Source of the DNA: an uncultured Ignavibacteriales bacterium
GTDB lineage: Bacteria; Zixibacteria; MSB-5A5; GN15; JAAZOE01
Direction: 5' to 3'
Assembly: GCA_964611355.1 (NCBI GenBank)
Contig: CAZSYD010000006.1
Coordinates: 1-64,000, forward strand
Length of the DNA: 64,000 nt
This document shows, piece by piece, positions 41,415 through 50,647 of this stretch. A model generated the notes under the pieces. That model was not told the DNA's origin and did not search any database. It saw only the letters and a list, made by a program, of their open reading frames with translations. Position 1 is the first letter of the stretch, and every line of letters starts with the position of its first letter. Position numbers and translations under genes: made by a program.

Positions 41415-42803
41415 CTACCGGTGTATACCTCGGATAAAATCTCTTATCTCCGGAACGCCTCCCTGGAAAATCAGGTATCCGTCGTACGGTTCCCTCTCCG
41501 TGATATCGTCGCATATCGGCGTTAGCATTATTTCTTTTACTTTTTCCAGATCGTCGGTCTGTCCCAACGCCCAGCCCAGCTTGATATAGGCCACCTCGGG
41601 CAGCATGTTATCGGCAGCGATAATGCCGCGGCTCATCAGGTCGCGACCGGTGTCGTAAACAAACATATGGACATATCCCCAGAGGGTCTGGACGGTCATA
41701 TAGATCGCGACTCCGGCTTTGGTGGCCCTATCAATAGCCGGATAGACCTGTTTGTTGACATGCCCCAAGCCGGTACCCGCAATGACAATACCCCGGTACC
41801 CGTTCTCAACCAGCGAGTTGATAATGTCGGGATTCATGTTGGGATAATAATAGACGAGAGCTACTCTTTCTTCGAAATATGGAAGGACAGTAACGTTTCT
41901 GTCTTTTCGGCGGCGACTATAATTTTTTTGAATCGGGGTAATCTTTTCGCGGTCAACCATGGCCAAAGGAATATCGCCGATAGTCCTGAAAGTGGATCGG
42001 TACGACGAATGCATCTTGCGCACCCTTGTTCCCCTGTGCAGCAGGCCGTATTCATCGGAGGTCGGCCCGAACATACAGACCATTACTTCAGCGATGTCGG
42101 CTTCGGCGGCGACCTTGCAGGCGTGCATCAAATTCAAAGCCGCATCCGACGAGGGTCGATCCGACGAACGTTGGGAACCGACCAGTACAATCGGAACCGG
42201 CGGGTTTTGTATCATAAAAGTCAGGGCCGAAGCCGTATGGTGCATGGTATCGGTGCCGTGCCCGATAATAATACCGTCGATTCCTTTTTCTATTTCCCGC
42301 CCGATGGCTCTGGCCAGGGGAATATACTGCTTCGGCCCCATGTTTTCGCTGAAAACGGCAAACAGTTTTTCCGTGGATAAATTACAAATATCGGCCAGCT
42401 CCGGAACCGCGCCATACAATTCACCGGGAGAAAAAGCGGGAATAACCGCTCCCGTGCGATAATCAAGCCGCGAGGCAATTGTTCCGCCAGTACCGAACAG
42501 TTTAACGTTCGGCTTATCGTCCGAAACGGGGAATTCCTTCTCGGGAATCTTGTAATGAGCTTCCTTATAACCGCACTCTTTCATATCGATAATCGTCTCA
42601 ATGGCGACACCGATGTTGTAACCGTTGGCCAGTTTGAGAACGATATGGCGGTCGTCGTCATTTTCGGCGCGCGGAAGAATAATTCCCTTGAAATCACCCC
42701 TGGTTGATTTGATATGCGTATCGCTCCAGACCCGCACGCTGAATTTCTTCAGCGCTGAAAGAGCCTCGCCTTTATATCCTTTGAACATATCAGTCATGGT
42801 CAT
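41415..42803 (-). CDS. gatD: Glu-tRNA(Gln) amidotransferase subunit D (archaeal-type glutaminase)
   Basis: N-terminal extension (LKLANGYNIG) plus asparaginase fold: GTGGTIASRLDYRTGAV, HGTDT, QRSSDRPSSD, RVRKMH, GTGLGH, MLPEVAYIKL. Start may be 42797. Confidence 0.92.
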   Translation of the reverse strand: MTMTDMFKGYKGEALSALKKFSVRVWSDTHIKSTRGDFKGIILPRAENDDDRHIVLKLANGYNIGVAIETIIDMKECGYKEAHYKIPEKEFPVSDDKPNVKLFGTGGTIASRLDYRTGAVIPAFSPGELYGAVPELADICNLSTEKLFAVFSENMGPKQYIPLARAIGREIEKGIDGIIIGHGTDTMHHTASALTFMIQNPPVPIVLVGSQRSSDRPSSDAALNLMHACKVAAEADIAEVMVCMFGPTSDEYGLLHRGTRVRKMHSSYRSTFRTIGDIPLAMVDREKITPIQKNYSRRRKDRNVTVLPYFEERVALVYYYPNMNPDIINSLVENGYRGIVIAGTGLGHVNKQVYPAIDRATKAGVAIYMTVQTLWGYVHMFVYDTGRDLMSRGIIAADNMLPEVAYIKLGWALGQTDDLEKVKEIMLTPICDDITEREPYDGYLIFQGGVPEIRDFIRGIHR

Positions 42804-44802
42804 TCCCCTTTTCGACGATACCTTTCAGCTCTGAAAGCGGCATATTCCCGATTGTCGTGCCGCGAAGCTGACCCATTATCCAGTCGGTTTCGGCATCGGG
42901 GCGTTTTGACGTATTAATCTCACTAAATTTCTTTTTAAGGACGGGGATATTCGAAATTATTTCTTTTTTGGAGACTTTTCTATACCCGATCGCCGTCAGA
43001 ACGGAATCAAACGCCATTTGAGGATAACTGCAAAGCGTCGGCAGCATTTCTTTGGCTGCCGTTTTCTCCAGGCCTCGTGAACGAATAAACTTAAACAGCC
43101 CGTATATGGTATAATAGTTAAACTTCGCCGCAGGCGTCACCCGCGATTCGATATGTCTGAGATTATGCCCGAACAGAGTCCCGACGAACTTCGGCGATTG
43201 ATCGAAATCATCGATGATCTTCTGGATTATCCAGACCAGGTTTCGCTTTAGAAGGTAGCCATGTGTGTCTTCGGGTATTTCCCACTCTTTTAGTTGCGCC
43301 AGTCGATAATCAATCGCCTGCGGCAGATGTTGTCGTATTTTTTCTATATCCGCATCCTCGATTGGAATCGGCGCGGAATCGGTATCGGGATACATGCGGT
43401 CGGCGCCGGGGAGGACCCGTTCAAAGATGGTGGTGCCGTCCGGAAACGATTTTCTTGTTTCATTCGGAACGCCGGTAAAAGCCATCCGGCAACGTTCCTC
43501 AATCGTTTCGAGGGCTGTTTCCATATCCTCGGAAGGCCCCCAAACGATTATCTGAGCATCATCGTGGCCGGCGTTTAATTTTTCCCTGATGGCATCCCAT
43601 CCATTCTGATCCAAAAACGGCGCTTTCTTTTCCGGCGTGTCTTCATCAAACGGGAATAATTCCGAATGCGTCATGTTTGGTTTTTCGATACAGGCAATAA
43701 CTTTCAAACGATCGCTCAACTCGTTGGCAAACGTCTTTCCCGGCTGCGTGAAAAACGACACGATACCGCCAAACTTCGGGAGATTTACGGCTGCCAGACG
43801 ACGCTTATTCAAGCGCGCTTCCCGGATAAATCCATATCCGTTACGAAGAAGGTTCCGTTCAATATCAATGGCGTTTATCTTCCAGGAAGGAGCATCTTTT
43901 ATTCTTTCGTTCAGGATATTCCTGATCTCCAGCAAAGCCTTCTGACGAAAGGCCTCGTTATGCACCAGTTCCGGTATCCATTTAATGTGCGCGACTCCTT
44001 TGATTTCGACCCGGTCGCCTCCGTCGATACTGACGTTGACATCCTGCCGGGCGGCGCCGATCCCGGTCCGGACTTTGCCGGTGCTCCGAGCCAGATAACG
44101 AAGATAATGACCCGCCTCGGCCGCCTCATCGGGAGTTAGCATGTCGGGATAAGTGATCATTTCGATAAGCGGTATCCCCAGGCGGTCGGTAGTATAAATC
44201 CTCCAATGCCCAGTGTCGGACACTTCCCGGCAGGCATCCTCTTCTATATTAAGCTGAATTATTCGGATATTTTTATTTTTAAGAGGTATCTCCCCTTCTA
44301 TCCCGACAATGGCCGTTCGTTGAAACCCGGTCGGAATCGAACCGTCGAGATACTGTTTTCTGGTGATATGCAATTCTCCGACGATGTTGGTTTTGAGAAG
44401 CAGGGAGATTTCAACGGCGATATCAAGCGCCTCGCGGTTGATAGAAAACGGCGGCGTATCATCAATATCATAAGTACACGCCGATTCGTCCTTGATCCGG
44501 TAGATGATATTCTTTTTGGTCTTGAATTCCATCAAGGCGGTGCCGTCATACTCGCCAAGTTCGCTGAGAGTGGGGCGCATATGCCGAACGACCTCGGCAT
44601 CGTAGTCATTACCATCCTGATACAGCCCTGCAGGACAGCGGCAGAACAGCTTTTTCGCCGTTTTTAATTGTTGATGAATCTCAATGCCGCATTTGAAACC
44701 GAGCTGGCAATAGATTTCCGGGCCTGCGTTATGACGAGAAACGTAACCTATTTTTCGTTTAGTCTGCTCGTAATTGTCCCGGGGATTAACCTGCCGCATC
44801 AT
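42790..44802 (-). CDS. gatE: Glu-tRNA(Gln) amidotransferase subunit E (archaeal-type)
   Basis: GIEIHQQL, KLFC.CP, RPTLSELGEYD, DGSIPTGFQRT, EEDA, DRLGIPLIE, RQDVNVSI..G.RVEIKGV, central insertion, GVPNETR and PGADRMYPDTD. Confidence 0.92.
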   Translation of the reverse strand: MMRQVNPRDNYEQTKRKIGYVSRHNAGPEIYCQLGFKCGIEIHQQLKTAKKLFCRCPAGLYQDGNDYDAEVVRHMRPTLSELGEYDGTALMEFKTKKNIIYRIKDESACTYDIDDTPPFSINREALDIAVEISLLLKTNIVGELHITRKQYLDGSIPTGFQRTAIVGIEGEIPLKNKNIRIIQLNIEEDACREVSDTGHWRIYTTDRLGIPLIEMITYPDMLTPDEAAEAGHYLRYLARSTGKVRTGIGAARQDVNVSIDGGDRVEIKGVAHIKWIPELVHNEAFRQKALLEIRNILNERIKDAPSWKINAIDIERNLLRNGYGFIREARLNKRRLAAVNLPKFGGIVSFFTQPGKTFANELSDRLKVIACIEKPNMTHSELFPFDEDTPEKKAPFLDQNGWDAIREKLNAGHDDAQIIVWGPSEDMETALETIEERCRMAFTGVPNETRKSFPDGTTIFERVLPGADRMYPDTDSAPIPIEDADIEKIRQHLPQAIDYRLAQLKEWEIPEDTHGYLLKRNLVWIIQKIIDDFDQSPKFVGTLFGHNLRHIESRVTPAAKFNYYTIYGLFKFIRSRGLEKTAAKEMLPTLCSYPQMAFDSVLTAIGYRKVSKKEIISNIPVLKKKFSEINTSKRPDAETDWIMGQLRGTTIGNMPLSELKGIVEKGNDHD

Positions 44803-45060
44803 TATTTGTCCTGGGCCATGCCGCCTATACTTACCCTCGATGAGCCTGCTCTGCCGTTTTGAGATAGAAGGTAAGAGAAATATTCACCCATATCAAGCCT
44901 TTTTAGGAATCATATCGTTGCATATCATTGATATTTGCGTATGGATATCATCAATTGGTTTGATGAAGTAAATTAATATCTAATGCATTTTTTGATTGAC
45001 ATCAGGCATCATGAACGGTTAGTTTTAAGGGAATCAATCATATTTGATGGAGTGTTGTTT

Positions 45061-45363
45061 ATGCGCAAAATTAAAAAGAGAGTTGCAGGGAGAAAAGCCG
45101 CGCCAAAACGTACCGGGAAAACGACGACCAAAGCCAAAAAGACGACCCGCAAGAGAAGGATCAGGCTGTGGACCGCGAAAGAAATAAGCGTACTCAGGAA
45201 GGCGTACAAAACCACGCCCACGAAGGAAATCGCCAAAGAGCTGAAAAGAACAGTCATCGCGGTTCGCGGCAAAGCCGTCACCCTTGGATTGAAAAAACGT
45301 GCGATTAAAAAAGCCGCACCAAAGAGGAAAAAAGCAGCCAAAAAGAAAATTCGGAGACGTTAA
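45061..45363 (+). CDS. very basic histone-H1-like protein with central Myb/HTH-like module
   Basis: 100 aa, 43 Lys+Arg, 3 acidic residues; core WTAKEISVLRKAY..TPTKEIAKELKRTVIAVRGKAVTLGL; GGAG RBS; own terminator. Confidence 0.75.
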   Translation: MRKIKKRVAGRKAAPKRTGKTTTKAKKTTRKRRIRLWTAKEISVLRKAYKTTPTKEIAKELKRTVIAVRGKAVTLGLKKRAIKKAAPKRKKAAKKKIRRR

Positions 45364-45393
45364 AATCTGCTATCGGATTTTCTATTCGGAATT

Positions 45394-45420
45394 AAAAGCC
45401 CGCCAAAGAGCGGGCTTTTT
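45394..45420 (+). terminator. intrinsic terminator
   Basis: AAAAGCCCGC-caaaga-GCGGGCTTTTT. Confidence 0.85.
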
Positions 45421-45495
45421 CAATGAAGCGTACTCGACTTGAACAACAGCCATTTCCCGGGGCGCAATCTTTTTCGGGCGACTAACGTTTTTTTC

Positions 45496-45524
45496 TTGAC
45501 AAAATAATGTCATTTTGGTAGATT
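45496..45524 (+). promoter_or_regulatory. sigma70-type promoter
   Basis: TTGACA-N17-TAGATT with TGn extension. Confidence 0.6.
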
Positions 45525-45665
45525 AAAAATAGCTGCAAATACTGCTAAAGTAAGTCTGACACAAATACCCGTTTTCGGGTAAAGCATTTTATAGGGCAAG
45601 CCTATAATTCTACAGGTAAGGGACAGCGAAAATACAGTTATCCTTCACACAAATAAGGAGGAACC

Positions 45666-47819
45666 ATGTCACATCCCTGTAATCTCTTTCAAAGGATACT
45701 ACCGGGCATTATCCTGTTTTCGTTATTAGGGGGAACGCTTCAAGCCCAGCCTCCGGACAGCAGTAACGTACCGTTTGAAATTGAAATAGGGTTACTACAG
45801 GACAGCCCCCTGGGTCAAATCGTGTCGGTGCCGGTGACAAAGACGGCCGGTTCTGAGGATATGTACGGATTTGATTTCCTGATTGGATTTGATGCTTCCG
45901 CCCTGACACTGGTAAACGTAACGGCCGGCGAGATATTCGACAGTTCCGGAGCTTATCAATGGGAGTACTTTTCATTTCGCTCGGATACGGCCTTTGTTTA
46001 CGATGACGACTCTTGCCTTACGGCGTTGATCCGAGCCGTCGGCGTGGCCGAGATAAACAATGGCGCTCACCATCCACTGGAATTCAACATTCCGGACGGC
46101 GCGACCGTGTTCACTCTTGATTTTTTGGTCACCGATGACTCGTCTTATCAGTGCTTTTACAGTCCTGTCCGGTTTTTCTGGATGGATTGCGGAGACAATG
46201 CCATTGCCATGGAGGACACACTTTCGACACTCCTGGCGATTTCCGACCGGGTGTATGACATTTTTGGAATCGACATCACCAATCCAAACGCTGACTTCCC
46301 TACCTATTTCGGCGCCCCCGATCTTTGCGTCGGCGACAGTAACAACGGGGTGGTACGTTTCATCGACTACTACAACGGCGGCGTTAACATCATCTGTAAC
46401 GATTCAATCGAATATACAGGTGATATCAATCTCAATGGCATTGCCTATGAGATTGCCGACATGGTTGTCTTCACTAATTATTTCTATTATGGATTGGAGG
46501 CTTTTGGAGACCATTACGAGGCCAGCGCGGCGGCTTCCGATGTCAATTACGACGGCATTGTCCTCCAGTTCGAGGATTTGATCTATCTGTATCGAGTTGT
46601 CTGTGGAGACGCCATGCCAGGCTACCCCCTGATGAATCCGCCTGTTCCGGATTCGGCACTCTTTACGCAGGACATTGAAACCAGTACCGTTTCGGTCGGT
46701 TACCACGATACCCTGGCCGGGTGTTTTCTACTGTTTGACGGAGAAATTACGCCACACTTCCTTCTTGACACTGCCTCTCATACATGCGGTTTCGAACATG
46801 ACAGCGGGCTTACCCGGGTAATAATCACGCCTCCGCTGGGCGGTATGCAGGATAGCTGCTGTAGAGGGTTTACCAGCGGCCCGCTGTTTACTTATTCGGG
46901 TGATGGTCTTTTGATAGAAGCTCAGACTGCCGATTTCAATAACCACGTCTTTGCGACCGGGATCGAGATTACAGGTTACGAGCCGCCCGATGTGGTATTG
47001 AAGGTTGCGATTGACAGCACAATCGCCTTTCCCGGTGAGTCGCCGGTATATATCGATGTTTATATGGATAATCCTTTTGATACGGTGGTCGGCTTCACCC
47101 TGTTGATAAACCTGGATCGAACCGACCTGATAGAGTTCCTGCCCCCCACCGGGGATACAATCATCGACACTACCGTCTGGCGTTATTGCGGCGAATGGTC
47201 AGGCGATACCTGCCTGTACTGGGTTGACACGACCATAATTGAAACATGGCCATCATCGGGGGCCGTTGATACAACAGGTACTATGATATCCGGATGGAAT
47301 CTGGTTACCTCCCGTTCGCCTTCGGGAACGAATCACGATTTGAAAGTCACCGGCATCGCCAACACTTTTGGCAGAACCCTACCCGGTATTGCACCTCAAG
47401 AGGGCGGCCTGCTGTTGCGATTAATGGCAAGAGCATATCACGAAGTTCCCGACTCAACTGCCGGTTTGACGGCGCGACTGCTTATCGTCGATAATCCCTC
47501 GGAAACCGACTTTTCCGATCAGTTGGGATATATTATCGGACTGCAGAGCGAGCCATATCCTCATTATGATACCGCAACTGTTTCATTTATCGACGGGATG
47601 GTGCAAGTTGTACCAGTTAGGCCGGGCGATGCCAACGGCGACGATTTTGTCAATATCGGCGATGTGGTATTTCTCGTCAAACATGTTTTTGCGTCCGGAC
47701 CGGCCCCTGAGCCGGAATTTCGCGGAGATGCCAATTTCGACGGTGAGGTTAATATTGGAGATGGCGTGTACCTGATAAACTATATTTTTAAAAGCGGTCC
47801 TCCCCCCTGGGACCAGTAA
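45666..47819 (+). CDS. secreted protein with two cohesin-like and two dockerin domains (scaffoldin/adaptor-like)
   Basis: Signal peptide; VSVPV...GFDFLIGFDASALTLVNVTAG; internal GDINLNG/SDVNYDG dockerin; AFPGESPVYIDVYM..VVGFTLLI; C-terminal GDANGDDFVNIGDVVFL/GDANFDGEVNIGDGVYL. Confidence 0.72.
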   Translation: MSHPCNLFQRILPGIILFSLLGGTLQAQPPDSSNVPFEIEIGLLQDSPLGQIVSVPVTKTAGSEDMYGFDFLIGFDASALTLVNVTAGEIFDSSGAYQWEYFSFRSDTAFVYDDDSCLTALIRAVGVAEINNGAHHPLEFNIPDGATVFTLDFLVTDDSSYQCFYSPVRFFWMDCGDNAIAMEDTLSTLLAISDRVYDIFGIDITNPNADFPTYFGAPDLCVGDSNNGVVRFIDYYNGGVNIICNDSIEYTGDINLNGIAYEIADMVVFTNYFYYGLEAFGDHYEASAAASDVNYDGIVLQFEDLIYLYRVVCGDAMPGYPLMNPPVPDSALFTQDIETSTVSVGYHDTLAGCFLLFDGEITPHFLLDTASHTCGFEHDSGLTRVIITPPLGGMQDSCCRGFTSGPLFTYSGDGLLIEAQTADFNNHVFATGIEITGYEPPDVVLKVAIDSTIAFPGESPVYIDVYMDNPFDTVVGFTLLINLDRTDLIEFLPPTGDTIIDTTVWRYCGEWSGDTCLYWVDTTIIETWPSSGAVDTTGTMISGWNLVTSRSPSGTNHDLKVTGIANTFGRTLPGIAPQEGGLLLRLMARAYHEVPDSTAGLTARLLIVDNPSETDFSDQLGYIIGLQSEPYPHYDTATVSFIDGMVQVVPVRPGDANGDDFVNIGDVVFLVKHVFASGPAPEPEFRGDANFDGEVNIGDGVYLINYIFKSGPPPWDQ

Positions 47820-47845
47820 ACAATTCCTCTTGGGGAATTGTTTTT

Positions 47846-47874
47846 CGGGCCGGCACCGTGCCGGCCCGTTTTTT
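47846..47874 (+). terminator. intrinsic terminator
   Basis: CGGGCCGGCAC/GTGCCGGCCCG followed by TTTTTT. Confidence 0.85.
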
Positions 47875-48026
47875 ATTTCAGGGGTTTATTTAATAATCTC
47901 GTCTTAAGACTGATTGAAAAACTTCCCGGCAACCATTTACGGATAATCAGCATCAAATTGTCAAAAGCATTCAATATCATTAGAATAAATCCAAGTTTAT
48001 TGCTCGCATGGATGGAGGATTCCCAA

Positions 48027-50471
48027 ATGCCGCATAAAGGCAGAACTATTTGGCTATTTCTGTTGTCATCCTTTCTATTGTTCAGCCTGCCGGCAACTGC
48101 TTCGACTACAAAGGAAGAAAAACCTGTCCCTGAAATCAGGGCAATGCGGACTAATCCCGACAGGCCGATTATTGACGGCCACCTCAACGATCCGGTCTGG
48201 AAAAACACTAATTTGCAATTCGCCCACGGTTTCACCCAGGTCGAACCTGACGAAGGCCATCCGGCCACAGAATCAACCCTGGTGGCGGTGGTTTACGATG
48301 ACGATGCAGTCTATTTTGCATTTTGGAACTTCGATTCCGAACCTGACAAAATCGCGGGGCAACTTGTCAGGCGTGACCGCGAGGCTGAGTCGGACTGGGT
48401 ATCGGTTCGTCTCGACCCGTACCATGACCATCAGACAGGTTACTACTTCGGACTAAGCGCCGCCGGTGTCCAGCGTGACCTGCGGCTGTTTGACGACGTC
48501 AATCAGGATCCAGCCTGGGATGGTGTCTGGGAAAGCGCCGTCGAAATGCATCCGTGGGGATGGTCGGCTGAAATACGCATACCGTACCATTGCCTTCGCT
48601 TCCCCGAGAAGGACGAGCACATCTGGGGAATGAACGTCACCCGTTATATCAGCCGCAAGAACGAATCCGTCCTGTGGGCGTTTTCCCCTTCCACTGAAGG
48701 CGGGCATATTTCCCGTTTCGGGCATTTGACCGGCCTTTCGGGGATAAAACCGGCCGGACATTTGGAAATACTACCTTATGTCGTCTCGAGCGTTGAAACC
48801 GAACCAAAACATGAAGGTAATCCCGACGGAAAAGATTTTTTCAACAATACGGGTTTCGATGTCAAATATGCTCTGTCGTCGAATTTAATTTTCGATGCGA
48901 CTATTAATCCAGACTTCGGCCAGGTCGAACTTGACGAGCCGGTACTAAATCTCTCTTCGTATGAAACCTGGTATCCTGAAAAAAGGCCGTTTTTTCTCGA
49001 AGGCGCCAACCTGTTTGATACTCAATTCATGCTTTTTTATTCTCGCCGGATCGGCCGTCCGCCATCGGACCTGGAAGATGACGGTGATGTTGATTACTTC
49101 ACTGATTATCCGGCCTCAACGTCGATTCTCGGAGCCGCCAAATTAACGGGCAAGCTTAGAAGCGGAACATCAATAGGTATCCTTAATGCCCTCACTGCCG
49201 AAGAAAAAGCAGAGTACGTTGATACCTCAGGTGTCGCCCGCAGGGAGATTGTCGAGCCGCCGGCCGACTACTCGGTATTCCGGGTCAAGCAGGATGTTTT
49301 TTCCAATTCGTATATCGGCGGCATGTTTACCATGGCCGGCAGGGATGGCCGGCATCCGGCTCATACCGGAGGTATCGATTGGCGGTTGTTTACCGACAAT
49401 TCGGTATGGGGGGCAAACGGTCAGGTAGTATTCAGCCGGGTTGATGAAGAAGAAGCAGGTTTTGGCTTTACGGGCGAGATTAGAAAAGACGCCGGAAAAC
49501 ACGTCCGGGGAGCTGTCGGCTGGACAATCAAAGACCCACACCTTGAAATAAATCGTCTGGGGTTCACGTCTCGCAATGACGTTCGAAATATCTCGAGCTG
49601 GGTACAGTATCGAACCCAGGACGACTGGTGGATAATCCGCAATAGTTGGAATAATTTCAATTTTTATGCCAGTTGGAACTATAACGGCAATAATATAGAA
49701 AGAGGCGGCAATTTCAATTTCTGTATTGAATTTATCAACAACTGGGAACTGGAGGGCGGCGTTGACATTAATGCTGACGAATATGATGACCGCGAAACCC
49801 GCGACAACGGCCTGTGGGAGCGGCCTCAGTCACCCTCATATGGTTGGTGGGCAAACTTAGACACCGATTTACGTAAAAAAATTTCTTTTAATCTCAATCC
49901 GGGTAGCGGAAACGGCCGCGAAGGCTCCTGGTGGGCCAATTATATCGGGATGGAATATCGCCCGCAAAGTAATATCGAGCTTTCGACCGGCGTCAATTTC
50001 GTTCGCAATTTCGGTGAAACGCGCTGGGTCGAAAACAACGGCGACAGCGCCATTTTCGCCTCACTCGACAAGAATCAGATTAATCCCGATATTTCGGCAA
50101 GTATCATGTTTCATCGCAATCTCTCGCTTCAACTATCCGCCGAAGCGATAATGGCAGGGCTTGATTATCGAAACGCCCGCCGCTATATGGGCGGCAATCA
50201 ATATGATACTTTTGGACCTGACGCAACAGATCCCGAAGGTGAATTATACGAGGACAAATACGATCGCAATTGCTCGATGATAAATTCAACCCTGATTATG
50301 CGCTGGGAATATCTCCCGGGCAGTACCCTATACCTGGTCTGGACCAGGTCGCGGATGGAAAACGATCGGACGGTTAACGACCTCGATTTCAATCGCGATT
50401 TCGACCGGCTCTTCAGCGGCGGCGGTGACAATGTTTTCCTCGTAAAGGCCTCTTACTGGTGGAATATTTAA
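48027..50471 (+). CDS. CBM9-like + DUF5916 domain protein (probable outer-membrane beta-barrel)
   Basis: IDGHLNDPVW, GWSAEIRIPY..LRF, TINPDFGQVELD, PEKRPFFLEG, FYSRRIG and RWEYLPGS motifs; aromatic C-terminus. Confidence 0.85.
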   Translation: MPHKGRTIWLFLLSSFLLFSLPATASTTKEEKPVPEIRAMRTNPDRPIIDGHLNDPVWKNTNLQFAHGFTQVEPDEGHPATESTLVAVVYDDDAVYFAFWNFDSEPDKIAGQLVRRDREAESDWVSVRLDPYHDHQTGYYFGLSAAGVQRDLRLFDDVNQDPAWDGVWESAVEMHPWGWSAEIRIPYHCLRFPEKDEHIWGMNVTRYISRKNESVLWAFSPSTEGGHISRFGHLTGLSGIKPAGHLEILPYVVSSVETEPKHEGNPDGKDFFNNTGFDVKYALSSNLIFDATINPDFGQVELDEPVLNLSSYETWYPEKRPFFLEGANLFDTQFMLFYSRRIGRPPSDLEDDGDVDYFTDYPASTSILGAAKLTGKLRSGTSIGILNALTAEEKAEYVDTSGVARREIVEPPADYSVFRVKQDVFSNSYIGGMFTMAGRDGRHPAHTGGIDWRLFTDNSVWGANGQVVFSRVDEEEAGFGFTGEIRKDAGKHVRGAVGWTIKDPHLEINRLGFTSRNDVRNISSWVQYRTQDDWWIIRNSWNNFNFYASWNYNGNNIERGGNFNFCIEFINNWELEGGVDINADEYDDRETRDNGLWERPQSPSYGWWANLDTDLRKKISFNLNPGSGNGREGSWWANYIGMEYRPQSNIELSTGVNFVRNFGETRWVENNGDSAIFASLDKNQINPDISASIMFHRNLSLQLSAEAIMAGLDYRNARRYMGGNQYDTFGPDATDPEGELYEDKYDRNCSMINSTLIMRWEYLPGSTLYLVWTRSRMENDRTVNDLDFNRDFDRLFSGGGDNVFLVKASYWWNI

Positions 50472-50647
50472 GCTCCCGGCGGAAGTCTGCTTTTGCGATC
50501 AGGCAACGCATGCCTTTTTGAAAAATTATACAATCCATAATTTTATATCTTCTTAATGCTTCCTCAATCCAGCCGATATAGAAAATATATGCGCCGGCAA
50601 TCGGCATAATTCGAATGCAATAAGGGGTTGGAACTTCGGAGGAGTTT

